Below, piece after piece: positions 1 through 12,925 of a stretch of 52,465 bases of DNA. The stretch is taken from assembly GCA_016748015.1 (NCBI GenBank), contig JAAOMT010000270.1, positions 1 to 52,465 on the forward strand, given 5' to 3'. Below the pieces are notes generated by a model. It searched no databases and was not told the origin of the DNA. It was given only the letters and a program-made list of their open reading frames with translations. Each line of letters begins with the position of its first letter. Position 1 is the stretch's first letter. The translations under genes were made by a program, and so were the position numbers. Source of the DNA: Geosiphon pyriformis uo1 (Eukaryota > Fungi > Glomeromycota).

Positions 1-557
1 GCACGCACAGAGGTATAACAATTAATGTCATTGACCGTAAGTGGAAGCAGACATTCGGAAGAACGAGTGCACGCACAGAGGTATAACAATTCATGTTATT
101 GACCGTAAGTGGAAGCAGACATTCGGAAGAACGAGTGCACGCACAGAGGTATAACAATTAATGTCATTGACCGTAAGTGGAAGCAGACATTCGGAAGAAC
201 GAGTGCACGCACAGAGGTATAACAATTCATGTTATTGACCGTAAGTGGAAGCAGACATTCGGAAGAACGAGTGCACGCACAGAGGTATAACAATTAATGT
301 CATTGACCGTAAGTGGAAGCAGACATTCGGAAGAACGAGTGCACGCACAGAGGTATAACAATTCATGTCATTGACCGTAAGTGGAAGCAGACATTCGGAA
401 GAATGGGTGCACGCACAGAGGTATAACAATTCATGTCATTGACCGTAAGTGAAAGCAGACATTCGGAAGAACGGGTGCACGCACAGAGGTATAACAATTC
501 ATGTCAGTGACCGTAAGTGAAAACAGACATTCAACAGAATGGGTGCATGCACAGAGG
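1..557. repeat. 68-bp tandem repeat array (left end, ~8.2 units, truncated by window start)
   Basis: Unit GCACGCACAGAGGTATAACAATT(C/A)ATGT(C/T)ATTGACCGTAAGTGGAAGCAGACATTCGGAAGAACGAGT repeats with 68-bp period; last unit degenerate; ends ...CACAGAGG at 557. Confidence 0.98.
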
Positions 558-770
558 TTAGAGAACACCACACTTGGCGATATAAAGGAGTTGGAAACCC
601 CGTGCTTGGTTGAGTTTCTTCGGTTAAGGTTGGGGTTCTTTCCGGTAAAGGATGCCCCCCTCCCTCACCCAACACTTAGAGCTAGAAGAGATACGTCAAC
701 ACCCTTACCTGGATTGTTCTATCAACTAGAGGTTTTAACCTTGGAGACCTGCTGCGATTATCAGTATGAC
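558..770 (-). pseudogene. Degenerate, internally deleted 28S (LSU) rRNA domain IV fragments
   Basis: Matches to recalled reverse-complement fungal LSU in colinear order: 558-591 weak (~TTAGATGACGAGGCATTTGGCTACCTTAAGAGAGT); 598-621 CCCCGTGCTTGGTTGAGTTTCTTC (~CCCGCGCTTGGTTGAATTTCTTC); 667-682 ACCCAACACTTAGAGC; 702-770 ...TTCTATCAACTAGAGG...CCTTGGAGACCTGCTGCG.TTATCAGTA.GAC. Confidence 0.85.
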
Positions 771-880
771 TGGTGAGTCGTTAGTTGTACTGGTTATAGC
801 TGTTGTGTTTGTGAGTTAGTGGACGTCGGTAATTCGTCGCCGATAAAGATAAGAGTAATCGCATATAGGATAAAATTTTG

Positions 881-925
881 CTTAAAGGCAGAGAACACCT
901 CTTTATATATGTTACTGCCTCTAAG
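881..925. promoter_or_regulatory. Imperfect inverted repeat enclosing a minus-strand TATA-like motif
   Basis: CTTAAAGGCAG (881-891) pairs 10/11 with CTGCCTCTAAG (915-925); CTTTATATAT at 901-910 reads ATATATAAAG on the minus strand. Confidence 0.3.
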
Positions 926-3900
926 TTTATCAAAAATTATGCGTTTATTTTTCACGTGAAAATGCTAAAACGCGAAAACATGAATCCAAGAATACAAGGG
1001 TGGGGTTAACTAAACCTTTTTAGTAAAATTGATTTAAAGATAGCCTCCTGAGTTTTTAATATGTAGTCATTAAAAACAAAGCGTCACTTTTTGAAACCTT
1101 GTAATCAGTTGAGTACTTTCTGGAAATTTTTTATAATATTACGCGGATCCTCATGACTAATATAATATTAAGCAGATCCTCATGATTCATTTTTTTTTGA
1201 CTCGGCTATCCTAAAATGGCTAAATACAATCAGTATGGGAAATCAAATTCACATCCCCCTTAAAACCGTGGGACCCATATCTCTTATGCGAAAATTAAAA
1301 CACTAGACTCAATAATGTAAATTGTCACAGTATAAAGAACATGGTGTTCATATTTCATAGCCGAAAGCGCCTCCAAACATTATGGCAAATTACTCGAGTC
1401 CAATGTCCCCCTTTCTTTTTGATCGTCCATTGAAACAGACCTTTATTTCGTTATACGAATACCCCTGTTTTTTAAAGCGTAAATTTCATATTTTTTTTCA
1501 TCCTAAATTCTTTAATCAGCTTATCTATCAAACATCTAGACTATCAATTTTTTGAATTAATTGCGTCATTTAGTTATTCATTTATTTACTTAATAAAATT
1601 GAAAGAAGCTCTTATTTAAATAATAAACTATTATCATACTTTTGTATAGAAAATCTATTTCTGAACATACAATAGATTGTAATCTTACATTCCAATGTAA
1701 ATTTGCAATGACTAAAACACATCATAAGAAACAAGTCAAATTATAAAAATTAAATATCAAAAGATTCTTTTTCCTGAAAAAACCTTTTCACACAATTCCG
1801 ACAAGGGCCTAATGAAAAATATTTTACACAAGGAAATATCGTTCCATATGATTCCAAAGTTGACACAGCTGGAATTGCGATATTACCGTGGCCCAATTGA
1901 GAATCTTTGAAAGTTATGATTGTTGTTATACTTCACACTACTATTTAGTCATCCAGAACTTAAATGGTACTTAAACAAGCCCGGAATGCTCTTTCTGAAT
2001 ACATTAATTATAAAAATTTGATCGAAAATATGTAATTACTGCAAAAAGAAGCACAACAAAATAGTGTTTTTTTGTATAAAATTAATAAATACCTTGATTA
2101 ATTTATGAATAAATAAAAAACGTGATTTAAAATATATCTGCATATTTTCTATAAATACTAAAAAAAAATTTAAAAATTGTATATCAAAGACCAAATTTTC
2201 AAATAATATTGATTTGGTTTATTAGTTAATCAAAAAATGAATCTTTAAAACAATAAAATAAGTTAGATAATAAAAAAAGAAAAAAAGAGTTTTGAATTAA
2301 ATATTGTGAATTACTCAATAAAAGAAATCAATTTCAAACAACAAAGAAAATTAAATTATAAATAGTTTTTATTAATTTTAAGCTGATTATATTTATTAAT
2401 TAAAATTTGGAATATTAAGAAAGAGATTTGGAAATTTTATGCTATGTCAATTATATTTTTCTAAAAAAGTTTAAACAATTCAGTCAATAATCAAGTCAAC
2501 AATTTATTTTTAAAATAAAATATTATCCTGTATAATTAACATATAATAGCTGAATAGAAAAATTAACTATAACACTATTATTGTTAGCAAATCTAAGGAG
2601 TTTGATAAAAAATTTGATTTTTTAATAAAACTTAACGTGTAAAATATTCTAAAAATATATTATCCTGCAAAATTATTTTCAACAAATAATAATAGACAAC
2701 TTTCAAATTCAAAGAATTATTTTTTTTCCATATAATTTTCGGTGATAACATTCTCTTTATCGAAAGTAAAGTATTGCATTGTTTATTTTTAAAAGAATAA
2801 TAAACAGGATCCTAAAATCAAGAAACTTCATTAATTTCGACAAAGATATTTTTTTATAAAACAAAATCTTTAAACAAATAGATTGAGATAGGCATTTTAT
2901 AAGAGCCTTGCTCGGTTTTTTTTATTTCTTAAATATTTCTTGCACTTTAGCGGGAAATTTAATTAAAATTTTTTTCCAGAGAGAAACTACTTTTTCACAT
3001 CCAATCTAAAACCTAAAACCTTACATCTTACATCTCTCATACAAGCCCTCTTTGAGGCAATATATTTCAGAGAAGATAGAAATCAAATTTCTGCAATTAC
3101 TTTTTTTTTAATTTGTATATTGTTAAAATTAATTTGATAAGTAAAAACCTGTTTTTATAATTTCTTAAATAAATAATTGCTGGAAATAATTGATATTTGT
3201 TATTAGATTTTAAAAGCATTAAAATTATAACAGCTGTATTATTTTTTGTTAAAAATAATAACCGTTTTTTCTATTTTCAGATTTTTTTGGAAAAATTAAC
3301 AACTGAATTTTGAAATTAATTGTATTTATTGAATTGTTCACATATTAATTAATTTTACATTGTTTTTAGTTTCTCGTTTATCTGTTATCTATTTGGACCA
3401 AAAATTAGCATAAAATTATTCTTATTATCTTATTATTTATATTAATTATTTTTGTCCTTTATTTTATCAATAACTCAATTTGTAGTAATTTACATATGCA
3501 ACTAAATTTTATAATTAAGTCATGTATTATTTCAAACTATATAAAAATAAATATCTAAAAAAATTTGTCAAAAATTTTGCAAAAAATAATACTCAAAAAG
3601 TGCATTTTATAATAGTTAAGAAGTTTAGATGGTTAAAATGAATACAATTTACTAATACAAATCCCATTTATTTAAAAATAAAATCAACAAAAATATTTTT
3701 TCGATATTTTTATTACACTTTAAATTAATAACTCTTAAACTAACTAATACTAATGCAGTTAAAACTAGTTTAATTTAAATTTCTTAAGCTTATAATAAAT
3801 TTTCAATAATTATATTAAGATAATTAATTAAAACAAAACTTTGAGGTTTTGTGTTTAGTTTGGCCAAAAATTTCTTAATTTAAACCAAAAATAAAATTGG

Positions 3901-6599
3901 TAATTTTGAGCAAAAGAAAAAATGACTAAAAGATTTTTTTGCTTCAATAGCATACTTGAAAAAGATTGTGATTTTATTTGTATATTCAAAATCAATATTT
4001 TTGACTTTAATATTAATTTTTTTATTTAAGCTTGATTACAAGTTTAGTTTAATTATTGCAACAAATGGTAATTTTGAAACCAAATTTTGTAATTAGTTGT
4101 AATTTTAAAATCATTAATTAGTTTTCGAAATATTTAGTTCAAATTTGACATTAATGAAATAAGTTTTTTCCCAAAATTTGCGTTTTTAAAGCACTTAATT
4201 TCAATTTTTTGCATTCGATTAGAGTAAAATTAGAGTTGTTTTAACTTGTGAATGGAACTTGGGATGAATTTTAAATTTTTAAACAATTTTTAGTCGAAAA
4301 ATTTTTTGAATACATATATTATGATAGATAATTTTAATAATATTGGACATTATATAAAATAAAACAGTTTTCACAAAAAATTAATTCAGGCAAAATATTG
4401 TTTTTGTTTTTTGTTAAACAAAATTGTTGATAATATTTGTGAAATTTATGTAAAAATTTAATATACTGTAAATAACAACTATATATTTTCTGTTTTTCTC
4501 TGTTTAAACAAATTTGTTTGATCAAAAATTAAATAGATATTTTGTAAAAAATAAAATTTGTTCACTAATAAAATATCAAGTTTTTTATGTTACTTTATCT
4601 TTTTGTGACTCTAAAATACAGGAAACAAAATAGTAGACTCTAAAACATAGCCTGAAAATTGAAAAAAAATCATAGAACTGATGTTAAGCAAGTTGGAATT
4701 TTAGTCATTAACATATTTTGCTTGAAATCCGAGCAAGATTCTAATTTCTGTAAAGATGAGTCTAGGCTTTGTTGATAAAGGATTAAAATTCAATGTTTTG
4801 TTATTTAAAGGATAAAATTTTTACCTGAATGTGTTTGATAGCCTATTTTTTTGTGCATAAATTCAAAATGGAAATTGAAATTCGAAACTTTACTATTTTC
4901 CCATTACTACTTGGTAATAGTAAAATTGAGAATTATGCTGTTTACATTATTCAAAAACTAGAATTTGATGAAAACAGTTGAAATTACAGCAAATATCCAA
5001 CCAATATTGGAAAATGGTTTTTCATTAAATATAAATCTGATAGCTTATTGCTAAATACAAAAAAAAGATCAATCTAACGGATGACTAATAATAGATTATC
5101 TTTCAAAAATTATCAGTCACATGAATTAGAGAAAATTGGTAAAATTAAAATATTGTAACATAGGGATGAAATGTAAAAATTAGATAATATTTTTTTAACA
5201 CCAAAAACCAAGTTTTTTAGCCAACCATTCAGTAAAAACCATGCTAGCAACAGCAACTAAATGAAATATATACAACAAATTTTTAGTTAATTTCTAAGGT
5301 TAATGTTTAAGAACAATAAATGGATCTAAATATCTCTATTTTTACAAATCTCTTATTGTATTTAAAAAGATTTTTTGTAATACTGATTATGTTAGCAATA
5401 TTTTACCGAATAGAATTGGCTATTTTTATAGCTCTTTTGAATACTTTTTCATTCATTTTTGGGTGGGTGGATTCTAAATTAATATAAAAGTATTTTGGCA
5501 AGGAATAATATAAAATTACTTTTCGAATTTATTGTAATGTTTTACAATGTTATTATGTTATAGAATGATAAACTAATATGTTAGTTAAAGGTGTTTTAAA
5601 CTTATTCTATTTTAAACATGATCATTTATAAAAAGATATAACTATTTTTTCAATACAATTTTAATAAAATATTTTTCGAATTTTTGAACAAGAGGAATAA
5701 TCAATTAGATAATTTTCTTGTGTGTAACTTTAAATTTAATTAAAACATTTTTAAAAAGCTTATCTAATTCCGAAAAATTATTTTACCACTATATTATTAT
5801 TTTGTTTTTGAATCCTAATAAGTTAAAAAAATTGTGCCAGAGACCATTAAATTTCAATTGTTGATTTTTTTCAAATATATACACATAAATTAGAAAATCA
5901 ACTATTTTTTCTAAAGAATCTAGGCACATAAGAATATTATCATATTGCTTCTATCCCCTGGTATTAGTTGGAACAAATATTATCTAGAAATTTCAACATA
6001 AATAGCAGAAAATATAAGAACAGTATCAATGAAGTTTTTATAACATTTGAATTTATTATTTAATTGAAAACTAATCTTAGATTCTTGTATCTTATGTTTA
6101 AAAAAAGGCATGAAAATATCTTATATTTGAAATCAAAAATTTCTCTCTTAATAGCCCTTATTTTTATTGAAGTTATTTTATCCTAATTAAAAATTCTTTA
6201 TTACTTTGATCATGATTAAAATGAAACCTAATTTTTTTTAAATTTTTTTTTCCTTTTATTATTTCTAGTCCAAGTATTTTACATGTTCAAACAAAGCCTA
6301 TTTATGAAGATTTGGCAGCCAATAATCTCGAACAAAATGCCATTCTAGTTATTTATTCTTTTAAGCTAAATACTGAATTAACAAAAGAATTGAACATTAA
6401 TAATGATTGGATTTTAAACAAACGACCTAACTAATTAACTCATGCATATTTTATTTTTAAAAATCTTGTACACCTTTAGTATCATTAAATTCTTATGTTT
6501 ATCAAATATAGCAGATAAAATTAAAAGTTATCTGATACATTTAATTTGAGAATGCAATTTTCAAATATAATTATTAATTTTGAAAATTTTCTCAATTCA

Positions 6600-8410
6600 G
6601 AAAACTCTCTTATCAGAAATGAGATGAAACTTGTGGCATTTAATTTAGGTGAATGGTACATCAAATTTAAAAAAATTAAAATCTATTGTGAAATAATTCA
6701 AGAAAAGTTTGAAATTTAGAAAATTATGCATTAATGATGAAAGCTATAATCTGTATTTTTAAACCAACCTTAGTTTCTGGTTCAGTTTTAACATTATCCG
6801 AAAAACGTATTTTTGATTCTACTTTAGATCCAGGTTTAGTCTCCTTTAAAAAAACTAAAAAAGTTAGTAACGTAATTTTTAAATTAATAAAAAAATAATA
6901 ATAAATTAAAATATTTTTATTATTATATAGAAAAAAAGTAATACTAAGAATGAAAGTGAAAATTATGAGTCAGATGAAAGCGATATTAAAAAAATTAATA
7001 TCGAACAAGATAACGAAGAAATCAAAACACTTCTACAGGTAAAGTATTTTAATATTTGATATTATATTTCTATATAATAAATATTAATTATATTTTAAAT
7101 TTTTAGAATGAAAAAATAATACAAAAAAATTATTTGAAATCTTGAAAGAATATCAACAAAAAGAAAAAACTCAGGAAAAAACCTTAATATCATTAATAAT
7201 TCATAATGGTATTATTGATATTTCTAATGGAGAAATAAAAAAAAATTAATTTAAATTTTGAACTTGAACAAAATTATTGGTTAAGTGATATACTCAAAAG
7301 ACAAGTATGGAATCAAATGGACAAATTTCAACAATATATTGATCAATTTACTGAAGCAACGAGTAATTGAAGCCAAATTCTCACTCTTGTTTGCAAATCA
7401 TTTATAAGTGAGAGATTTGATATCACTTTTATGAAGATCATGATATAGCTCAACAAATTTTTATTCATTGATATGTATTATATATATATTTATTTTTTAA
7501 ATTATTTTTAATTCGTTTTTAACTTATGTTTAATTTATTTTTTTAGTTCAGTTCGATTAGAAGCTTCCAGAGCCTATGAAGCAGAGTATTATAATTTGGA
7601 GTATATGTTTGCGATTGATATGATTATCTATATGATAACACGTTTATTTCGTATGCATATAGATCTTTTGGATATTGGATGGTAATTTTAAAATTTAAAA
7701 TTTAAATTAATGTTTATTTATTTATTTATATTTTATTCAGGATTGAGTTAATGACATTAAATACAAGAAAACACAAATTTGATGAAATATTAAAATTAAT
7801 AAAAACAAAAAAAATAATTAAGTAATTATTCTGTTTGAATTTTCTAAAGAAAAAAAAACAACAGCAAGAAAAGAAAAAGAAGATTCTATTAAATTATCTA
7901 GAAATGCGATGAAAATTTTAAAGACCATTCCTAAAGAACAAGCAAAAAATTATTTGATACAATTAGTTAGTAAGTATTAAAATTTTATTAATCAAATAAT
8001 CAAATAATAATATTTTTACTTACATTTATATATTTTTTGATTATAGATGGCTATATTAATATCAAATACTTAATCCGACTACTTCCATCAATTTACTTAC
8101 TTGATGAATTTCTTTCTATAAAGTTACCGGTTTGTTTTGAAAATTTTGAAACATTTACTAAAGATATAATTCAATTGATGAATTTTGAGGTAAGTATTAA
8201 TAAGTATTAATATTTATAATGTTTCACTATTAAAAAAAATTACCTTTAATATATAGGCTGAAGTACTCTTAACTGCCAAAAGGATGAATAAAAATTTATG
8301 AACAATGATCATATAAATGTTTTTCCAGTTCAACTCACTTCAACAAAACAAACTAAAGTATAAGCAAGAAGAAAAAGAATATTCAGAATTACCAACGCCT
8401 TCTAGATAAG
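6600..8410 (+). pseudogene. Multi-exon pseudogene, putative PD-(D/E)xK/restriction-endonuclease-like (CRN-type) domain family
   Basis: GT..AG introns at ~7039-7106, 7682-7740, 7970-8046, 8190-8256 separate coding-like blocks (VRLEASRAYEAEYYNLEYMFAIDMIIYMITRLF; IELMTLNTRKHKFD; LFEFSKEKKTTARKEKEDSIKLSRNAMKIL) with stops/frameshifts. Family call from recalled motif pattern; boundaries approximate. Confidence 0.45.
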
Positions 8411-10713
8411 AGTTTTAGTTAAGACCACTTTCATATATATTTTTTTAATAAAAAAATAATTGGTTAAAAAATGAAAATAAAATTGGATGCTGATTTAGAA
8501 TAAGATTTTTGAAGTTGATCTGTGGTCAATGTATCTTCTAAAGAATTGATATAACTTTTTTATAAAGGGAATCTTTAAAATTTTTTAATTTAATCGGGAG
8601 ATTATTAATTTACTTCAATTATTAATATTTGAACAGATTAAATTTATTATTTGTGTAAAATAAAAACCATTTTTGTTTTATAAATTTTTAAAATTGATTA
8701 TTAATTATTAATAACTTTATCATTTTTTACAATAATTTTTTGATTAATGCTATAAGTTTCTTTCAATAATAAATTATGCCCCCATGTTTTAATTTTTTTA
8801 ATTGAACGTTTTTTTTTAAGTATGATTCTTTAAAAAATATGTTTTGCAAATGTTTTAGGCAATATTATGCTTCATAATACAGGAACTAAATTAATGATGC
8901 AATTGTAAAAAAATGTTCATAAAAATATTTAATTAAAAATATTTCTTCTTTTTATAAAGAGCAAATCTATATAATTATTCTCAATAATCACAAGCTATAA
9001 TGCTTTAGACTTTTGGTGTGTATTAGGTGTCCAGAATGTTTTTATTTTATTTTATAAGTATTATGTGATGCTAAAACACATATAACTGATATCTTTAAAC
9101 ATTTCACGACTACAATAATCTTCACATTCTTATGACCAAATTTTTTGGCTGTTATAATGCCTTTTTGTGAAATAGTAAGATTTTTTGCATGACCTATTTT
9201 CTGGTAAAATATAGTAAAGAACTGTTTTTATTAATCTCTTATATACAAAAATTTACATGTTTTTGAATCAAAATCAATTAATTTATTCTTGATGCACAAA
9301 AATAAAAAATAAAAAATGACTTAACTAGATATTAGAATCGCCGATTCACAAAGAATTAAACCGAGATAGATGATCCAATAGATCAAAAAAGAGTCAAGAA
9401 CATTATTCAAAGAAAACATAAAATATATATATTGATATACCATTTTTTTATTATTCGTCATCAATATATTTCAATATTTATTCGTCGTTACTTGTTTCAG
9501 CCTCATACTTAACAATCAACGTTTTTTTTTGCAGTTACTGGTAAAGCATAATATAGTTTTTTTGATATAATTGAAATAGTAAATTCATGACATTCATTCA
9601 ATATACTGTACACAAGTCTTTAAATATATTATAATATCTTTAACTTTAAAAGATTGTCTTTGGTCCATCTACCATATTTCTGTTGATTAAATCAATTTTT
9701 TTCATTTTAAATTTATTTCATTGTTCTTTTGTACAGATGCTATGAGTTCCATATTGTTTAATTCTGGTTGGATTAAGCGAATTAAAGATAAGTCCATATT
9801 ACAAAGATATTTTCTTGCAATGAAGGAATTTTTACAGATGGAGGAAAAATTTTGAACGAATCATTATCTGTTGACTCAAGTGAATTTCCTCAACAACCTT
9901 TGATTTCTCATTTTTTTGTCCTATTCAACGAAAAAAAGATTTAAATGAAAACTTCAATGAATTAAACAGCATTACATTTAATCATTTATACTATCACTTT
10001 ATTTTTGTAACAATTCTTGAGTCGATATTGATTTAAAAAGTGAACTAGGCAATCACATTTTATTTTTTATTTTAATTTTAATCATATAAGCTAGTTTTCA
10101 CCTAAATGAATGATATTTCCAAGAAAATTAGTTTTTTCACTTTAGCTAACTAAAATATTTTTACTGAAAATTATTTAGTCAGGGACATTTTAAGAGGTTC
10201 AATAAATTAAATTCAAACATTATGGATCAACATTTTTTGAAAATATTTTAAGTGCAATCAAAGATCATAAATAATCTGAAAAATGGCAAATATTATATGA
10301 CTTTGTTTCGATGGTTTTCTACTATTTATGTTTGGGAAGAGAAAAAGCTGGAATATCATACACTACAATTAAGGAAATTTGAAAGTCCAAAAACCATATC
10401 TATATCTATATCAACAGAATCAAAAATGAATGATTTTGATTATGGATGACAAATTAGAGACATCTAAATATCGACTCATTTTTAGGATGACTTATTTTGG
10501 TAATTTTTAGATGTACATTATCAAAAAATTCTTTATGAACTTTCATAAAAATTTTTCACCCCCCGCGTTTTAGTTTTAGAAAAAATATTTATTGTTACAA
10601 TAATTAGAGAAAATTTTTTTATTAAGTTTCTCCGCAATCACTTTATTAAGAGGTTTTTTAAATCTTGCTTTTTTAAACGGAGGTTTTCTAAACTAAACAA
10701 AATAAAGCAAAAT

Positions 10714-10743
10714 AAAACAAAACAAAACAAAACAAAACAAAAC
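10714..10743. repeat. (AAAAC)n microsatellite
   Basis: About six AAAAC units upstream of the lipase gene. Confidence 0.9.
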
Positions 10744-10882
10744 GAGCTTTAAAAATTTTTATGTAGCAGCTGAAAGCTATAAATTTGCAGGATTTTTTGA
10801 TAAAGAACTTGTTTCATTCAATTTAAAACTAACGAAACAAACAACCACTTTAAAAAAAAAACTTTTTAATCAGTTATTCACA

Positions 10883-11126
10883 ATGCTTAATGATAATATC
10901 TATCAAAGAAAGCAACAAACTAAAAATCACTTTCAAAAATTTAATCAGCAAAATATCTTTTTATCATTTTTCATTATTTTTTTCTTGGATTTAATTACAT
11001 ATACAAACCCTATATCCATCACAAGTACTTCTAAAAGGAATAATGATATATTTAGATCATTTCCTTGGAATGATAATAATAATTTGAACTTTGATCCTTT
11101 TTCCCTATCTAGTAATGCTTTTTTAG

Positions 11127-11179
<53 letters not shown>

Positions 11180-12531
11180 TATAATTATAATTATAACCAA
11201 AAAACTAACATATTAGATGGAATACCTTCACAAGAGATAGATGACTTGGAGCTTTTGCCATCTATAACTAATAATGAGTTATTAGATAATTTACAAGGAT
11301 TCTCAGTGGAAACACCAGCAAATAATCCCGATTCACCAATTCAAGAGAATATAAGTCTTCAACTAGCTTCAGATAATTTCTTCGACAATACAAGTCTTTT
11401 ATCAAGTCAAAATATTGAAAATGATGAAACCCTATTTGTTAAAGCTGGCTCAAATCAAGGAATTAAGCAAAAAATTACTGATTTAGAGAGTAATAACATC
11501 GAGTTGTATGGATTCTCTGCACGAACTCTTTATTGTGGTTTAATTTTGCCCACCCAACATGTTATATATTCTTCCAATGAAATTCGAGGTACATGGATTG
11601 AATATTAAAATTTTTCAAGTCTTTTAACTAATATATGTATTAATTGAAATGGTTATTCTTTAGTCATGGTAGAAAAAAATGACGTAATCCCTGAAATAAT
11701 TATTAGTTTTCGTGGTAACACACCAACGACTAATATCATTAGTGATATCACTCTAACTAAATATCCTTATGATCAATCTTCAAAAGTTCATCAAGGATTT
11801 TTTAAGATTTTTCAAAAAAATGAAAAAGCATTGATTAATAAGGTGGTAAAGATGATAAGAAAGAATTCAGATTTATCTTTAACTATGGCTGGCTTTGATT
11901 CGGGTGGTGGTATGTAAAAATTTTTCAAAAAGAGGGAGAAAGTATTTTTATCTTAACTACTCTTTGATTGAATAATAGAAGGCGAAATAACTTTTTTAAA
12001 TTTCTTTGTATAACTTGCTTCTTATTTAGTATATGCAATATTTACAGCTTTAGCTATAAAATTTCAAGGCGGTTCACTTCAAACCAAAGATATTAAACTG
12101 TACACATATGGACAACCTCGTATCGGTGATAAAGCTTTTGCACAGCTTGTGACAAAAAAACTAATTGTAAAACGAGTTATTTATGACAACGACCTTATTC
12201 CACATAAACCTCAAAAAGCTCAAGGATATCTAAATTTTGACACAGAGTATTGGGTTAAATCTCTTGGATCTGGTAAATTTCAGACTTTTCAATGTGAAGG
12301 TATAAAAGACCAATCTGGAAAATATTTAGATGAAAATCCGGTAAGTTTTTAAGTAAATGAGGAAATAATCATTTGAATATCTTCTAATTTGATAAAGGCC
12401 AATAAAAATATCAGTATTAATCGAATTTATTATTTTAGCAATGTTCAAATTCTGTGCCTCCACAAAAATTCTCATTGACAACACATGCAGATACATCTTG
12501 GGGTTTAAAATTTGACAGTTGTAAACAATAA
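10883..12531 (+). CDS. Class-3 lipase-family (alpha/beta hydrolase) protein, probably secreted, atypical nucleophile elbow; 4 exons
   Basis: Exons 10883-11588, 11664-11909, 12030-12340, 12439-12531 joined in frame by GT-AG introns. Motifs IIISFRG, VHQGF, AGFDSGG, LYTYGQPRIGD, NDLIPHKP, EYW, CSNS, TTH. N-terminal hydrophobic segment, then Asn-rich region with an (AAT)n tract at ~11129-11179. Confidence 0.9.
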
Positions 12532-12884
12532 ATTTTTATTTTATAATCCCTTTAAATTTATTAATACATTTAACTTTATCAAATCAATCATGTGAATTCT
12601 TAAATTTACCTATACCAAGACATTTTACAAAAGATGTAGCTTTTTTAAAATATAATATTTTCAGATAAAGTGTGATTGTTGTTGGTTGCCTGGTTAATTC
12701 AAAGAGTTAAAACTCGTTTAATGATTGAATATTTTGATGAATTTTTTTTAGCACAAAGTTGTTGTTGTATAATTGTTGAAGAATTAACTGATTATTTTTT
12801 ATATTTGGATTTTTTGTTGTCAGATTTTTAAAAGGGATCAGCTGAAGTAAAATGACTTTTTTGTGTTTGTTTTGAGGATTCAGA

Positions 12885-12925
<41 letters not shown>
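12885..12925. repeat. (ATT)n microsatellite
   Basis: Perfect ATT run. Confidence 0.95.

Noticed and set aside
1-557. 68-bp array as a CRISPR array
   Set aside because: Units are near-identical over their whole length with no unique spacers, no cas genes, and the context is eukaryotic.
1-557. 68-bp unit as a hammerhead ribozyme/retrozyme or telomeric repeat
   Set aside because: No CUGANGA core on either strand; both ends have the same, not inverted, orientation; not a G-rich short telomere motif.
96-776. ORFs 96-293, 232-429, 501-776 (also 51891-52088, 52231-52428)
   Set aside because: By-products of the repeat cycling through frames and of antisense rRNA-like sequence.
1650-2000. Coding-like fragment (..EKYFTQGNIVPYDSKVDTAGIAILPWPN*)
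   Set aside because: Short, interrupted and unrecognised.
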